Part shown: positions 6,092 through 14,418 of the stretch, in pieces
Layout: every line of letters starts with the position of its first letter
Numbering within the stretch: position 1 is the first letter of the stretch
Assembly (NCBI GenBank): GCA_038046385.1
Contig: JBBSWH010000008.1
Location: 1-15,956, forward strand
Direction of reading: 5' to 3'
Length of the DNA: 15,956 nucleotides
DNA from: Nanobdellota archaeon
Lineage (GTDB): Archaea; Nanobdellota; Nanobdellia; Woesearchaeales; GW2011-AR4
Program-made: the position numbers and the translations under genes
The notes under the pieces: model-generated
What the model saw: the letters and a program-made list of their open reading frames with translations, nothing else
The model's database searches: none
What the model was told of the DNA's origin: nothing

Positions 6092-7333
6092 ATGGGGAAA
6101 CATAGTTTAGATTCAGTTCTCGAACATGTTCACATAGATCCAAGGCTTTACAGAAGAACAAGAGAGTTTCTTACTTATTTAACTTTATCAGCGTACGCAG
6201 CAGGAGCAGCGGCATGCGGCAAAGAGCCAACAGGAGTAGATCCTCCTCCACCGCCAGTAGTCGAAGCGCCAACAATCTCGATAACAGCAACTCCGGACAA
6301 CGGAATGACTCCATTAAATTCAAACGTCTGCTTTACAGTAACTGCAGGAAAAAACGGAACAATAAAGGATGCATGGGGAGATTTTAATGGAAACGGCAGG
6401 AGGGACGATCCAGATGAAACGCTTTCTGCAGGAGAGACATGCAAGCAGCAGACTTATACTTCGTCAAAAACATTAACGGGAATGGTCACAGGCGGAGACG
6501 ATAAGCCAGGCAATGCAAGCAGAGCAATAACTGTGATGCAGCCTCCGCAGACTTATCAGTATCAAACCTCCTTGATAGATATAATCACAGGAACCCCTAT
6601 ATCTGGAGCAACCATCGGCGCATTGGGCAAATCAGCAACAACAGACGCAAGCGGCAATGCTACACTTACAACAACACAAGAGCTGAAACCGACAGATCAA
6701 CTTATAATTTCAGCGACAGGATATCAAACTTATACTACATATTCAAAATATTCTACAGAGCAGGGAAAGCAGAGCTATAAACTTATCCCATTGCAGTATC
6801 TAGATGAAATTAATCAGATTGCTAGAACTGGAATAAATGGTCAAAACTATGGAACAAGGAAATGGGATTTAAGCTTAACTCCTAAGTTTATAATAAATAC
6901 AACTAACTTTAGCCCTGAAGCAATAGCCAGCATAGAAGACGTTCTTAGAAATGATGTTGAACTGCTTACAGACGGAAAAGTAAAAAATGCAACGAATATA
7001 GAATATGTGACCAGTGATCCTACAGACTTAACAGGAAAAATAGTTTATTCTTATACTAATGGCAACGCAGGATTAGTTGATGCTATAATATCAATTAACG
7101 ACTTATTATACAAAGGAGGAAAAATAGTCTCATCAAATAACCTAACAAGAGCATTTGCATCCCACGAGCTTGCGCATCTTTTGGCTCATATAGGCCACTA
7201 TCTAACAAGCAATGGAAGTATAATGGACGCTACAATGTCAGTCAGCAGACCATCTGCCATAGATATAAGAAACGGCAAGATGATTTATTCAAGACCGACA
7301 GGAAGCATGGCGCCGGATAACGATCCAATCTAA
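6092..7333 (+). CDS. Putative lipoprotein with PKD/Ig-like and carboxypeptidase-regulatory-like domains and a C-terminal metzincin-like zinc metalloprotease domain
   Basis: RRTREFLTYLTLSAYAAGAAA|C42 is lipobox-like and followed by a Pro linker. PTISITATPDNGMTPL..WGDFNGNG is PKD-like. DIITGTPISGATIG..ATTDASGNATL is CarboxypepD_reg-like. HELAHLLAHIGH is at 7163-7198 with a Met-turn-like SIM at 7217-7225. Confidence 0.75.
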   Translation: MGKHSLDSVLEHVHIDPRLYRRTREFLTYLTLSAYAAGAAACGKEPTGVDPPPPPVVEAPTISITATPDNGMTPLNSNVCFTVTAGKNGTIKDAWGDFNGNGRRDDPDETLSAGETCKQQTYTSSKTLTGMVTGGDDKPGNASRAITVMQPPQTYQYQTSLIDIITGTPISGATIGALGKSATTDASGNATLTTTQELKPTDQLIISATGYQTYTTYSKYSTEQGKQSYKLIPLQYLDEINQIARTGINGQNYGTRKWDLSLTPKFIINTTNFSPEAIASIEDVLRNDVELLTDGKVKNATNIEYVTSDPTDLTGKIVYSYTNGNAGLVDAIISINDLLYKGGKIVSSNNLTRAFASHELAHLLAHIGHYLTSNGSIMDATMSVSRPSAIDIRNGKMIYSRPTGSMAPDNDPI

Positions 7334-7335
7334 AC

Positions 7336-7350
7336 CTTATTTTTTATTTT
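7336..7350 (+). terminator. Oligo-T archaeal terminator CTTATTTTTTATTTT
   Basis: Lies directly after stop 7333. The identical 15-mer occurs at 14374-14388 after the first pilin gene. Confidence 0.65.
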
Positions 7351-7355
7351 CCAAA

Positions 7356-7371
7356 CCAAAACATATAAATA
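7356..7371 (+). promoter_or_regulatory. BRE + TATA-like promoter (CCAAAACA-TATAAATA) for the downstream pilin-like genes
   Basis: TATAAATA at 7364-7371 ends 27 nt before ATG 7399. Confidence 0.55.
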
Positions 7372-7398
7372 CATTCTTTCTTGGAAATAAAATATAAA

Positions 7399-7932
7399 AT
7401 GCACATAAAAAAAAGAGGTTACTTCTTTGTATTTGACGCCCTATTAGGGCTGATGATAATAATAATCGGCATTGTGCTGATCAACTCCTTTTATGTCAAG
7501 ATAAGGCCGGCAGCGCAGGCAAGCCTCCTGTCAGATGATTTTTTAACATTCCTCTCCACAAAAAAAATAAAGGATATAAACAACGCTTACGCCGGAGTAG
7601 GGGGGGTGTTATGGTCGCAGGGGCATATAACAAATGCCGATAACACGCTTTTGCAGCAGGCAGGCGAGTTTTACAAGAAAAAAAAATATGATGTTGCGGA
7701 ACAGTTCATACTCAACGTTTCAGACGGAGTTGTTCCGTCGCAATACCTGTACGAATTGTGGATGGACGACACTTTGGTGTACCCGAGAGGCCCTGATGCG
7801 GCACATAACAGCTCAAAATCTAAAACAAGGCTTCTTGTTGTTTCTAGAAAAATAACATTCGGGGTAATGAATGCTACAAGCGCAGAAACTTTCGGGCCGT
7901 ACAAATCTGAGGTATACATATGGGAAAAATAA
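7399..7932 (+). CDS. Type IV pilin-like protein with class III signal peptide (177 aa)
   Basis: Start reassigned from TTG 7381 to ATG 7399: MHIKKRG|YFFVFDALLGLMIIIIGIVLI. Confidence 0.8.
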   Translation: MHIKKRGYFFVFDALLGLMIIIIGIVLINSFYVKIRPAAQASLLSDDFLTFLSTKKIKDINNAYAGVGGVLWSQGHITNADNTLLQQAGEFYKKKKYDVAEQFILNVSDGVVPSQYLYELWMDDTLVYPRGPDAAHNSSKSKTRLLVVSRKITFGVMNATSAETFGPYKSEVYIWEK

Positions 7933-8954
7933 GCACGAACAAGAAAGGGATTTTTTTCACTTTCATAGCGATAACCCTGATGATTGTTTTTATAATAATA
8001 TTCACGCAGCAGCCTGAAATAAGCCTGACGAGAAACAGCAACGGGGTATTGGTAAGAATATCCTCGCTTGACAGCTATATCGATGACCTGGAAACATCAT
8101 ATCTTAAGACCGCGCTGCAAACATCGTCCTACAAGGCAGTTTTTTCTCTTATAGGATATATAAACAAGAGCGGATATATCTCTGACTTTAACGCCTCTTT
8201 TTTTGAAGTTGCTTCAAACGGCACAATTGAAGATCCTTATGGCAGCGGCATTCATGTTCCCATTGACACAATTACAGGCCAAAAAATAATGGAAAACAAC
8301 ACAATGGGAAACTGGACATCCAGCATATCAAAAACAGCCAGCAGCACTTTTAACATAAACACTACAATAAAAATAAACAACATAACTACCCTCCAGTCAA
8401 ATCCGTGGGAGATAGAAATAACGCTTGATGCCAACATAACGGTCATTTCAAATGTCGCCAAATGGAAAAAAAGAAGCATAATAGAAACATCAATCCCGAT
8501 TGAAGGATTCTCTGACCCGTATTTTCTGAAGAACACAAACGGGCTTTATGACAACAAGATAAAAAAATCCAGCGTTATCTTCAACCAATGGAATCTTTCC
8601 AAGGCAAGGGAACACTTAAGGAACGGCACTTATGTGCACTGGCAAAACTCCCAGGCGCCAAGCTTCACCATGAGGTTTACAAACACCATAATACCATCCG
8701 AATGCTGCGGAATAGAGGCGCTGGTCAACCCGAACAAGCTAGCAGCACCGGATACTACAGAAAGCTATGTTGACTACCTTTTCTGGACATCTGCCTACAG
8801 CTCAAAATGCATAGAGCTGTATAATATAACCTATCCAGACGGCAAACCCCCTTACACAGGAGGCTTATGGGATGAATTTCCCTATTTTAAGATCGACTTC
8901 ACAAACCTCGTAAATTACAATATATCATCAAATGACGCTTTAAGAACATGTTAG
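7920..8954 (+). CDS. Large pilin-like protein with class III signal peptide (344 aa); many N-x-S/T sequons, likely N-glycosylated
   Basis: MGKISTNKKG|IFFTFIAITLMIVFIIIF; 13-nt overlap with the upstream gene. Sequons include NKS, NAS, NGT, NNT, NWT, NTT, NIT, NLS and NIS. Confidence 0.8.
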   Translation: MGKISTNKKGIFFTFIAITLMIVFIIIFTQQPEISLTRNSNGVLVRISSLDSYIDDLETSYLKTALQTSSYKAVFSLIGYINKSGYISDFNASFFEVASNGTIEDPYGSGIHVPIDTITGQKIMENNTMGNWTSSISKTASSTFNINTTIKINNITTLQSNPWEIEITLDANITVISNVAKWKKRSIIETSIPIEGFSDPYFLKNTNGLYDNKIKKSSVIFNQWNLSKAREHLRNGTYVHWQNSQAPSFTMRFTNTIIPSECCGIEALVNPNKLAAPDTTESYVDYLFWTSAYSSKCIELYNITYPDGKPPYTGGLWDEFPYFKIDFTNLVNYNISSNDALRTC

Positions 8955-8974
8955 TTGCTACTATGCGCCAATAA

Positions 8975-8988
8975 CTAAAGTTTTTATA
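8975..8988 (+). promoter_or_regulatory. Putative TATA promoter (CTAAAG-TTTTTATA), leaderless, for the 9010 gene
   Basis: TTTATA ends at 8988, 21 nt before ATG 9010, and no SD motif is present. Confidence 0.5.
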
Positions 8989-9009
8989 CTCATAACAGAA
9001 GGCACTACT

Positions 9010-9459
9010 ATGGGAAATGAGGGTGTGCCGCTGAAAACAATAGCTGACGAACTGCTTGAGTTTGTGAAAAAAAGCGGTAAAGTGTCTGTTGAAGACATTG
9101 CAAAGAAGCTGAAATCGCCGTTATCGACTGTCCAGTCTCTTGTGGACTTCCTTGTGGAGGAAAAAGTGTTCGGGATAGAATACAAGTTCACGACGCCTTT
9201 TGTTTATCTGTACAGGGAAGGGGCAGAGAACAAAATAAAGGAAAAGAGCGGCACAAACGAGCTGCTCACAAAAGAAATATTTTACAAGAGGGCAAAGGAA
9301 AAAAAGCTCCCTTACGACCAGATTGAAGGATTATGGAGAAAATACCTGCAGCAGAACATGGGGACAATAAAAGAATCTTTTTTGAAAAAATCCGAAGAAA
9401 GAAAAATACCCAAGGAGAAAATGGAGGAGATGTGGCAGAAATACCTGTCTTATCTTTAG
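9010..9459 (+). CDS. Winged-HTH-like protein with two C-terminal 33-aa helical repeats
   Basis: DELLEFVKKSGKVSVEDIAKKLKSPLSTVQSLVDFLVEEKVF is a wHTH pattern. The repeats are KEIFYKRAKEKKLPYDQIEGLWRKYL and KESFLKKSEERKIPKEKMEEMWQKYL. Confidence 0.75.
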   Translation: MGNEGVPLKTIADELLEFVKKSGKVSVEDIAKKLKSPLSTVQSLVDFLVEEKVFGIEYKFTTPFVYLYREGAENKIKEKSGTNELLTKEIFYKRAKEKKLPYDQIEGLWRKYLQQNMGTIKESFLKKSEERKIPKEKMEEMWQKYLSYL

Positions 9460-9496
9460 CGCATAAAAATTTTACATAAAAAGGTGATTTTGACAA

Positions 9497-10468
9497 ATGG
9501 ACATTGACGAATTTTTGGACAAGGAAGTGGTTGACATTGACAACAACACAAATGAGGATTCAGCATATATTGAAACATCAATTTCAAATGACCCTGCTGA
9601 AAAACAAAACAATCTTTCGTCTTTTGAAGACCTTAAAGAACAGCTTGGGAAGGGCGACCTTGAAAAAGCCGAACAGGCGTATTTTCAGATGTGGCAGTCG
9701 CTTATTCAGCAGAAGCTCAGGTGGAACAAGGAGATTTATGACAATCTGATTACTTCAAGCAGGCAGTTTTCAGGCATGCTGAACAAATCGTATTCCGAGG
9801 CAAAAAGAAAATCAGAGAACATACAGTCCCTGATTGGAAAAGCAAGAACTGCGCTGAGGGAAGGGAAGAAAGATGTTTCATTCAAAGTCTATTCAGAGAT
9901 AAGCCGGATAGAATCATCTATTCCGAATGTTTTCTTTGAGGAAAAACAGAGAGTGTGGGAGCAGATGATGGATTTCTACAAGGAGCTCAAGACAGTTACC
10001 GATAATGAGCTTGTGAAAAGGGTTTCGGGGCTGATAACAGAGATAAGCACTTCTATAGACAGGCTGAACATGGCAATGAGCTCAAAAGACACGAAGGAAG
10101 CTGCAAAGCAGTACGCAAAGTGCATTGAGCTTTACAGCCAGATTCCGGAGGGATTTTTGATGTACAAAAATTCAATAGGGATGAAGCTTCTTGAGGCTTA
10201 CAAGCTTTTGAGCATACAGAGCGAAATATCAAATTTGCAGGTGCAGCTGAATATACCCCAGATGCAGCGCCCGCAGTACAGCGAGACAAGGCAGCCGCAT
10301 GCAGTAATAAGCCCGCAGGCTGCAGACAGCAAACAATTTGAACGCGCTTCTGCAGAAAAAACATATCCAATGCCAAGAAAAGAAATCACAATCCGGAAAC
10401 CAAGCAGCACTCAAACTCCGGACATAGAAAAAACCCTTCAAAAGCTGAAGTCATATTCGCAGGAATAA
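9497..10468 (+). CDS. Cytoplasmic alpha-helical repeat protein (two or three ~70-74 aa three-helix-like repeats), acidic N-terminus, low-complexity C-terminus; function unknown
   Basis: SD AGGTGA at 9482-9487. Residues Y132/P143/F146/K150/Y161/L164 recur at +74 (Y206/P217/F220/K224/Y235/L238). No TM segment or signal peptide. Confidence 0.75.
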   Translation: MDIDEFLDKEVVDIDNNTNEDSAYIETSISNDPAEKQNNLSSFEDLKEQLGKGDLEKAEQAYFQMWQSLIQQKLRWNKEIYDNLITSSRQFSGMLNKSYSEAKRKSENIQSLIGKARTALREGKKDVSFKVYSEISRIESSIPNVFFEEKQRVWEQMMDFYKELKTVTDNELVKRVSGLITEISTSIDRLNMAMSSKDTKEAAKQYAKCIELYSQIPEGFLMYKNSIGMKLLEAYKLLSIQSEISNLQVQLNIPQMQRPQYSETRQPHAVISPQAADSKQFERASAEKTYPMPRKEITIRKPSSTQTPDIEKTLQKLKSYSQE

Positions 10469-10494
10469 TATTTATTTTCAGATAAAAATTAAAA

Positions 10495-11943
10495 ATGGAC
10501 AGGCTCATCGACTCCTACAAGCTGAATGTAAACGATATAGTTGTAGATGTTGCTGTCACAGTCAAGGAAGAGATTCCAGTTCCTATTTACAGCATTTCAA
10601 TAACGAATATAAGCCCGACTACAAAAATAATTCTTGAAAAAATAAGGGATGAATTTGTTGCAGAGGAGACTAAGATTATAGGCTATGATGAGAGCATATC
10701 AGACATACAGGAGCATTTCAGAAAAAATATAATGGGCCTGATGAAAAAATATTTTCCGAACGCGGACAAGAAGACAATGGACATGCTCATTTCTTACATA
10801 CTGCAGCAGAATATAGGATTTGGCAATCTGGACATACTGCTTAAGGATACAAATCTTGAGGAGATTGTCATAAACAACTCCAAGGAGCCGGTCTGGGTTT
10901 ACCACAGAAGGCACGGGTGGCTAAAAACAAACATAATAATTCCAAATGAATCAAAGATAAGGCATTATTCAACTATTGTCGGAAGAGATGTGGGGAAAGA
11001 AATAACCACATTAAACCCACTTATGGACGCGCATTTGAAGACGGGCGACAGGGTCAATGCAACGCTGTTCCCGATTTCTTCAAAAGGAAACACAATTACA
11101 ATAAGAAAATTTGCAGTCAAGCCGTGGACTGTCACGAGCCTGATAAAAGAGAAAACAATATCATACGAAGGCGCTGCACTGCTGTGGCTTGCTGTCCAAA
11201 ACGAGATGTCATTGCTTGTGACCGGAGGAACTGCGTCCGGAAAAACATCAATGCTCAACATGATTGCAAACTTCTTTCCTCCAAACCAGAGGATAATCAG
11301 CATAGAGGACACAAGGGAGCTGATGCTGCCGGAAATACTTCACTGGGTTCCCATGGAAACAAGATTGCCAAACCCTGAGGGAAAAGGCGGAGTGGAAATG
11401 CTTGATCTTATTGTAAACTCGCTGAGAATGAGGCCTGACAGGATAATTGTCGGAGAGATAAGAAGGAAGAGAGAAGCGGAGGTGCTTTTTGAGGCAATGA
11501 GAACGGGACACTCTGTTTACGGAACGCTGCACGCAAACAATGCGGCAGAAACAGTCAACAGACTGACAAATCCCCCGATTGACCTGCCAAAACAGTCATT
11601 ATCGGCGCTTTCGCTTGTTGTTGTCCAGAACATAAACAGGCGCACCGGAAGAAGAAGAACGCTGCAGATAGCAGAAATAATGCAGACAGGCGATGCAAGA
11701 GTTTTAATGCAGCTTAATCCGATGAAAGATGTTCTTGAAAAAGTAAATGAACCTTTGGCAATGCTGGAAATGCTGGGCTTGTATTCCGGCTTTTCAAAAG
11801 AAACTCTTGCCCAGGACCTTAAATCAAAAGAGAACATACTGAGATGGATAGTGAAGAACAACGTAAATGACGTCAATAAGATAGGGCTTTTGATGTCAAA
11901 ATATTACCTCAGCAAAATCCTAACAAAGCAAAAGGGTGCCTAA
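10495..11943 (+). CDS. Type IV pilus/type II-IV secretion assembly ATPase (VirB11/CpaF/TadA/ArlI family)
   Basis: Walker A GGTASGKT (11224-11247), Asp box IISIEDTREL, LRMRPDRIIVGEIR (Walker B), His box TGHSVYGTLHA, and N-terminal LLKDTNLEEIVIN. Confidence 0.95.
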   Translation: MDRLIDSYKLNVNDIVVDVAVTVKEEIPVPIYSISITNISPTTKIILEKIRDEFVAEETKIIGYDESISDIQEHFRKNIMGLMKKYFPNADKKTMDMLISYILQQNIGFGNLDILLKDTNLEEIVINNSKEPVWVYHRRHGWLKTNIIIPNESKIRHYSTIVGRDVGKEITTLNPLMDAHLKTGDRVNATLFPISSKGNTITIRKFAVKPWTVTSLIKEKTISYEGAALLWLAVQNEMSLLVTGGTASGKTSMLNMIANFFPPNQRIISIEDTRELMLPEILHWVPMETRLPNPEGKGGVEMLDLIVNSLRMRPDRIIVGEIRRKREAEVLFEAMRTGHSVYGTLHANNAAETVNRLTNPPIDLPKQSLSALSLVVVQNINRRTGRRRTLQIAEIMQTGDARVLMQLNPMKDVLEKVNEPLAMLEMLGLYSGFSKETLAQDLKSKENILRWIVKNNVNDVNKIGLLMSKYYLSKILTKQKGA

Positions 11944-12754
11944 AATCCTTTTAGCAAACAAGATAACTCCTCTCTTTCCAAATCTCAAAACAGATTTGAG
12001 AATGGCGCGCTCCAAAGACACTCCTTTGCAGTTCATAGGCAAGGCGCTCAAGACATCATTTATTTACGGATTTCTTTTCACAATACTCTTTTTTTTCGTT
12101 CTGGAAAAATCAGACAAGCCGTTTGTGCTGCTTATCCCAATCTACATGATTATTACAGTCCTGATTTTCGGATATGCTTTTATGCTGTTAAAATCCCAAA
12201 TAAGAAAAAGGCAGCATGAGATTGACATGGAAGTTGCATTTATCGGAAGGTATCTTCTTGTGAAGCTGTATGCCGGAAGGCCGCTGCTGAATGCGCTGAT
12301 GGAAACTTCAAGCGGGCGCGGGATAGCATCTTCATACCTAAAAAGCATAGTTGACGACATAAATATGGGCAGCACTGTTGAAGAAGCTTTAAACGACGGC
12401 ATGATATACTCGCCGTCTGAAAAACTGAGAAAAGTCCTTTTTCACATAAACAACGCGCTGCAGCTCGGAATTGATGTAACAGGGCCGCTTGAATCAGTGC
12501 TCAAAGAAATACTGAAAGATGAAGAGCTGGAGATAAAAAAATACAGCAAAAAACTCAATACACTTGTCATATTCTACATGCTGGTGGCAGTCATAATCCC
12601 TTCGCTTGGCACTTCAATGTTTATTGTTGTTTCAAGCCTGGTGAGCTTCCCAATCGGAATGGGCGGGCTGATGCTGGTAGTTGCATTTATAGTCATACTC
12701 CAGTTTGTTTTCATAACGCTTTTCAAGAGCGTAAGGCCGATGGTGAACCTCTGA
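11936..12754 (+). CDS. Type II secretion system F-family (TadB/TadC-like) membrane platform protein
   Basis: Two N-terminal TM helices, a cytoplasmic T2SSF-like domain (YAGRPLLNAL..INMGSTVEEAL..LQLGIDVTGPL) and C-terminal TM helices. GTG start overlaps the ATPase stop by 8 nt. Confidence 0.9.
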   Translation: MPKILLANKITPLFPNLKTDLRMARSKDTPLQFIGKALKTSFIYGFLFTILFFFVLEKSDKPFVLLIPIYMIITVLIFGYAFMLLKSQIRKRQHEIDMEVAFIGRYLLVKLYAGRPLLNALMETSSGRGIASSYLKSIVDDINMGSTVEEALNDGMIYSPSEKLRKVLFHINNALQLGIDVTGPLESVLKEILKDEELEIKKYSKKLNTLVIFYMLVAVIIPSLGTSMFIVVSSLVSFPIGMGGLMLVVAFIVILQFVFITLFKSVRPMVNL

Positions 12755-13779
12755 TGGCACTCAGGATAATCTTTCTGGAGGAATTCGGAAAAGCGTTTGT
12801 TCCAAAGAGAATGATTCCGAACTTAAGAAAATATTTTCTCAAGGCAGGATATGAGGAAGTTCCGTACAGGTTTTTTGGGATGCTTTTTTACATATCAGCC
12901 GCAATAACTGCTTTGATATTCATACTGATAATCTACCCTTTTATCAAGGAGCTTTCACCGTTTAAAACATATTTATACTCATTTTTCGGATGGTTTGCTG
13001 TTCAGATACTTTTCACAACTTTTTTTTCCTTGATAGTCTATTTTTACCTTGACCTTAAAATTTACCGGCGCACAAGAAATATGGAAGATGAGCTTCCGGA
13101 TTTTCTTCAGATTCTGTCATCAAACCTCAAGGGAGGAATGACTTTCGAAAGAGCCCTGTGGGCATCAATAAAGCCAAGATTTGCCGTGCTTGGAACCGAG
13201 ATGGCAAGAACATCAAAGAAAGTAATAACGGGATATGAGCTTGACAAGGCTCTTTTTGAGCTTGCGGACAAATATGACTCTCTGATGCTGCGCAGAACAG
13301 TGGACCTGATGATCAGCGAGGCTGAGAGCGGAGGAAATGTAGCGAACCTTATTGACAGGATTGTAGACAATCTTAAAGAAACAAAGACGCTGAAAGAAGA
13401 GATGTCGGCTTCTGCAATCGCATATATCATTTTTATATCGATGATTGTTGTTGTTATAGGCCCGCTGCTTTTTGCGCTTTCATTTCATCTTCTTTCAATC
13501 TTTATAGGGTTCATCGAAAAGATAGCCACATCTTCCCCGTCTGCAACCGGACTGCCGTTTTCATTCTCAAAAACAAACGTGGATACAGGGGATTTCAGGA
13601 CTTTTTCTGTTATAACTATAGGGGTCATATCTTTTTTTGCATCCATGATAGTTGCAATAGTTGAAAAAGGAAACATAAAAAGCGGAGTAAAGTACATTCC
13701 GATATTCCTCTTGGGATCCATGGCATCTTACTTTTTATTTGTAAACCTACTTTCAATATTTTTTTCCGGCATAATATAG
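12754..13779 (+). CDS. Type II secretion system F-family (TadB/TadC-like) membrane platform protein, second copy
   Basis: MEDELPDFLQILSSNLKGGMTFERAL...ESGGNVANLIDRI T2SSF signature, multiple TM helices, and TGATG coupling with the previous gene. Confidence 0.92.
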   Translation: MALRIIFLEEFGKAFVPKRMIPNLRKYFLKAGYEEVPYRFFGMLFYISAAITALIFILIIYPFIKELSPFKTYLYSFFGWFAVQILFTTFFSLIVYFYLDLKIYRRTRNMEDELPDFLQILSSNLKGGMTFERALWASIKPRFAVLGTEMARTSKKVITGYELDKALFELADKYDSLMLRRTVDLMISEAESGGNVANLIDRIVDNLKETKTLKEEMSASAIAYIIFISMIVVVIGPLLFALSFHLLSIFIGFIEKIATSSPSATGLPFSFSKTNVDTGDFRTFSVITIGVISFFASMIVAIVEKGNIKSGVKYIPIFLLGSMASYFLFVNLLSIFFSGII

Positions 13780-13793
13780 CCTATGAGTCAAAA

Positions 13794-13809
13794 GCGAAAA
13801 GTTTATATA
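13794..13809 (+). promoter_or_regulatory. Consensus-like BRE + TATA promoter (GCGAAAAG-TTTATATA) of the first pilin gene
   Basis: TTTATATA at 13802-13809. SD GAGGT at 13845-13849 precedes ATG 13858/13861. Confidence 0.8.
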
Positions 13810-13857
13810 TCCATCACAGAGTAATCATACAATAAAAAATCAAAGAGGTCGATTTTA

Positions 13858-14349
13858 ATGATGAACAGAAAAGCACAATCAGCACTTGAATTCTTAACAA
13901 CCTACGGATGGGCATTCTTAATAATCCTTATCATGATAGGTGCACTGGCATACTTTGGCATATTAAGCCCAAGCAGGCTTCTCCCAAACAGATGCAATTT
14001 TGGATCGGAATGGGGATGCGTTGACTATCAGGTAGCATCAGGCACAAGCACAGTAAGATTAAGATTAAAAAACAACCTTGGAGAGCCAATAACAATCAAT
14101 AACATAGCAGTCGGAACAGAAGGGACTACATCATTGTTCTGCACGACAACAACACCTATTCCACCAATAACCAGCATAAGGAGCGGCGAGGCAAGGGACA
14201 TAACATTCACTGTGTGCGGACTTGCAGCGGCAGGCATACTGCAGGGAGAAAAAGCCAAAATAAACGTCACAATAGATTATTATTCTGTGACTAGTGGTAT
14301 CAACTACATGAAGCAGACAAAAGGCGACATGTACGTGGGAGTCATATAA
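13858..14349 (+). CDS. Archaeal type IV pilin (class III signal, Q+1/E+5); candidate major pilin
   Basis: MMNRKA|QSALEFLTTYGWAFLIILIMIGALAYFG followed by a Cys-containing beta-rich domain. It has its own promoter, SD and terminator. Confidence 0.88.
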   Translation: MMNRKAQSALEFLTTYGWAFLIILIMIGALAYFGILSPSRLLPNRCNFGSEWGCVDYQVASGTSTVRLRLKNNLGEPITINNIAVGTEGTTSLFCTTTTPIPPITSIRSGEARDITFTVCGLAAAGILQGEKAKINVTIDYYSVTSGINYMKQTKGDMYVGVI

Positions 14350-14350
14350 A

Positions 14351-14365
14351 CGCAACTTTTAAATA
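14351..14365 (+). promoter_or_regulatory. Possible BRE + TATA promoter (CGCAACT-TTTAAATA) for the 14419 gene cluster
   Basis: TTTAAATA at 14358-14365 would start transcription near the end of the T-tract. SD GAGG lies at 14410-14413. Confidence 0.45.
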
Positions 14366-14373
14366 TCTAATTT

Positions 14374-14388
14374 CTTATTTTTTATTTT
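14374..14388 (+). terminator. Oligo-T archaeal terminator CTTATTTTTTATTTT
   Basis: Begins 25 nt after the pilin stop and is identical to 7336-7350. Confidence 0.65.
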
Positions 14389-14418
14389 ACTTCATTTCGC
14401 TTTAAAAAAGAGGCAAGC

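Noticed and set aside
6152-6172. Canonical Tat signal in the 6092 lipoprotein
   Set aside because: RRTREFL does not match S/T-R-R-x-F-L spacing, so it is noted only as a degenerate resemblance.
3500-7342. 10-bp direct repeat AACCTTATTT (3500-3509 and 7333-7342) as a target-site duplication or att site of the island
   Set aside because: It is short and AT-rich. The left copy lies inside the HEPN coding sequence and the right copy is part of a T-rich terminator, so chance is likely without an empty-site comparison.
10495-13779. Archaellum (arlI/arlJ) or conjugative T4SS assignment
   Set aside because: There are no archaellins or ArlH/F/G, and no VirB4, VirD4 or relaxase. Two short T2SSF genes plus Q+1/E+5 pilins fit a pilus better.
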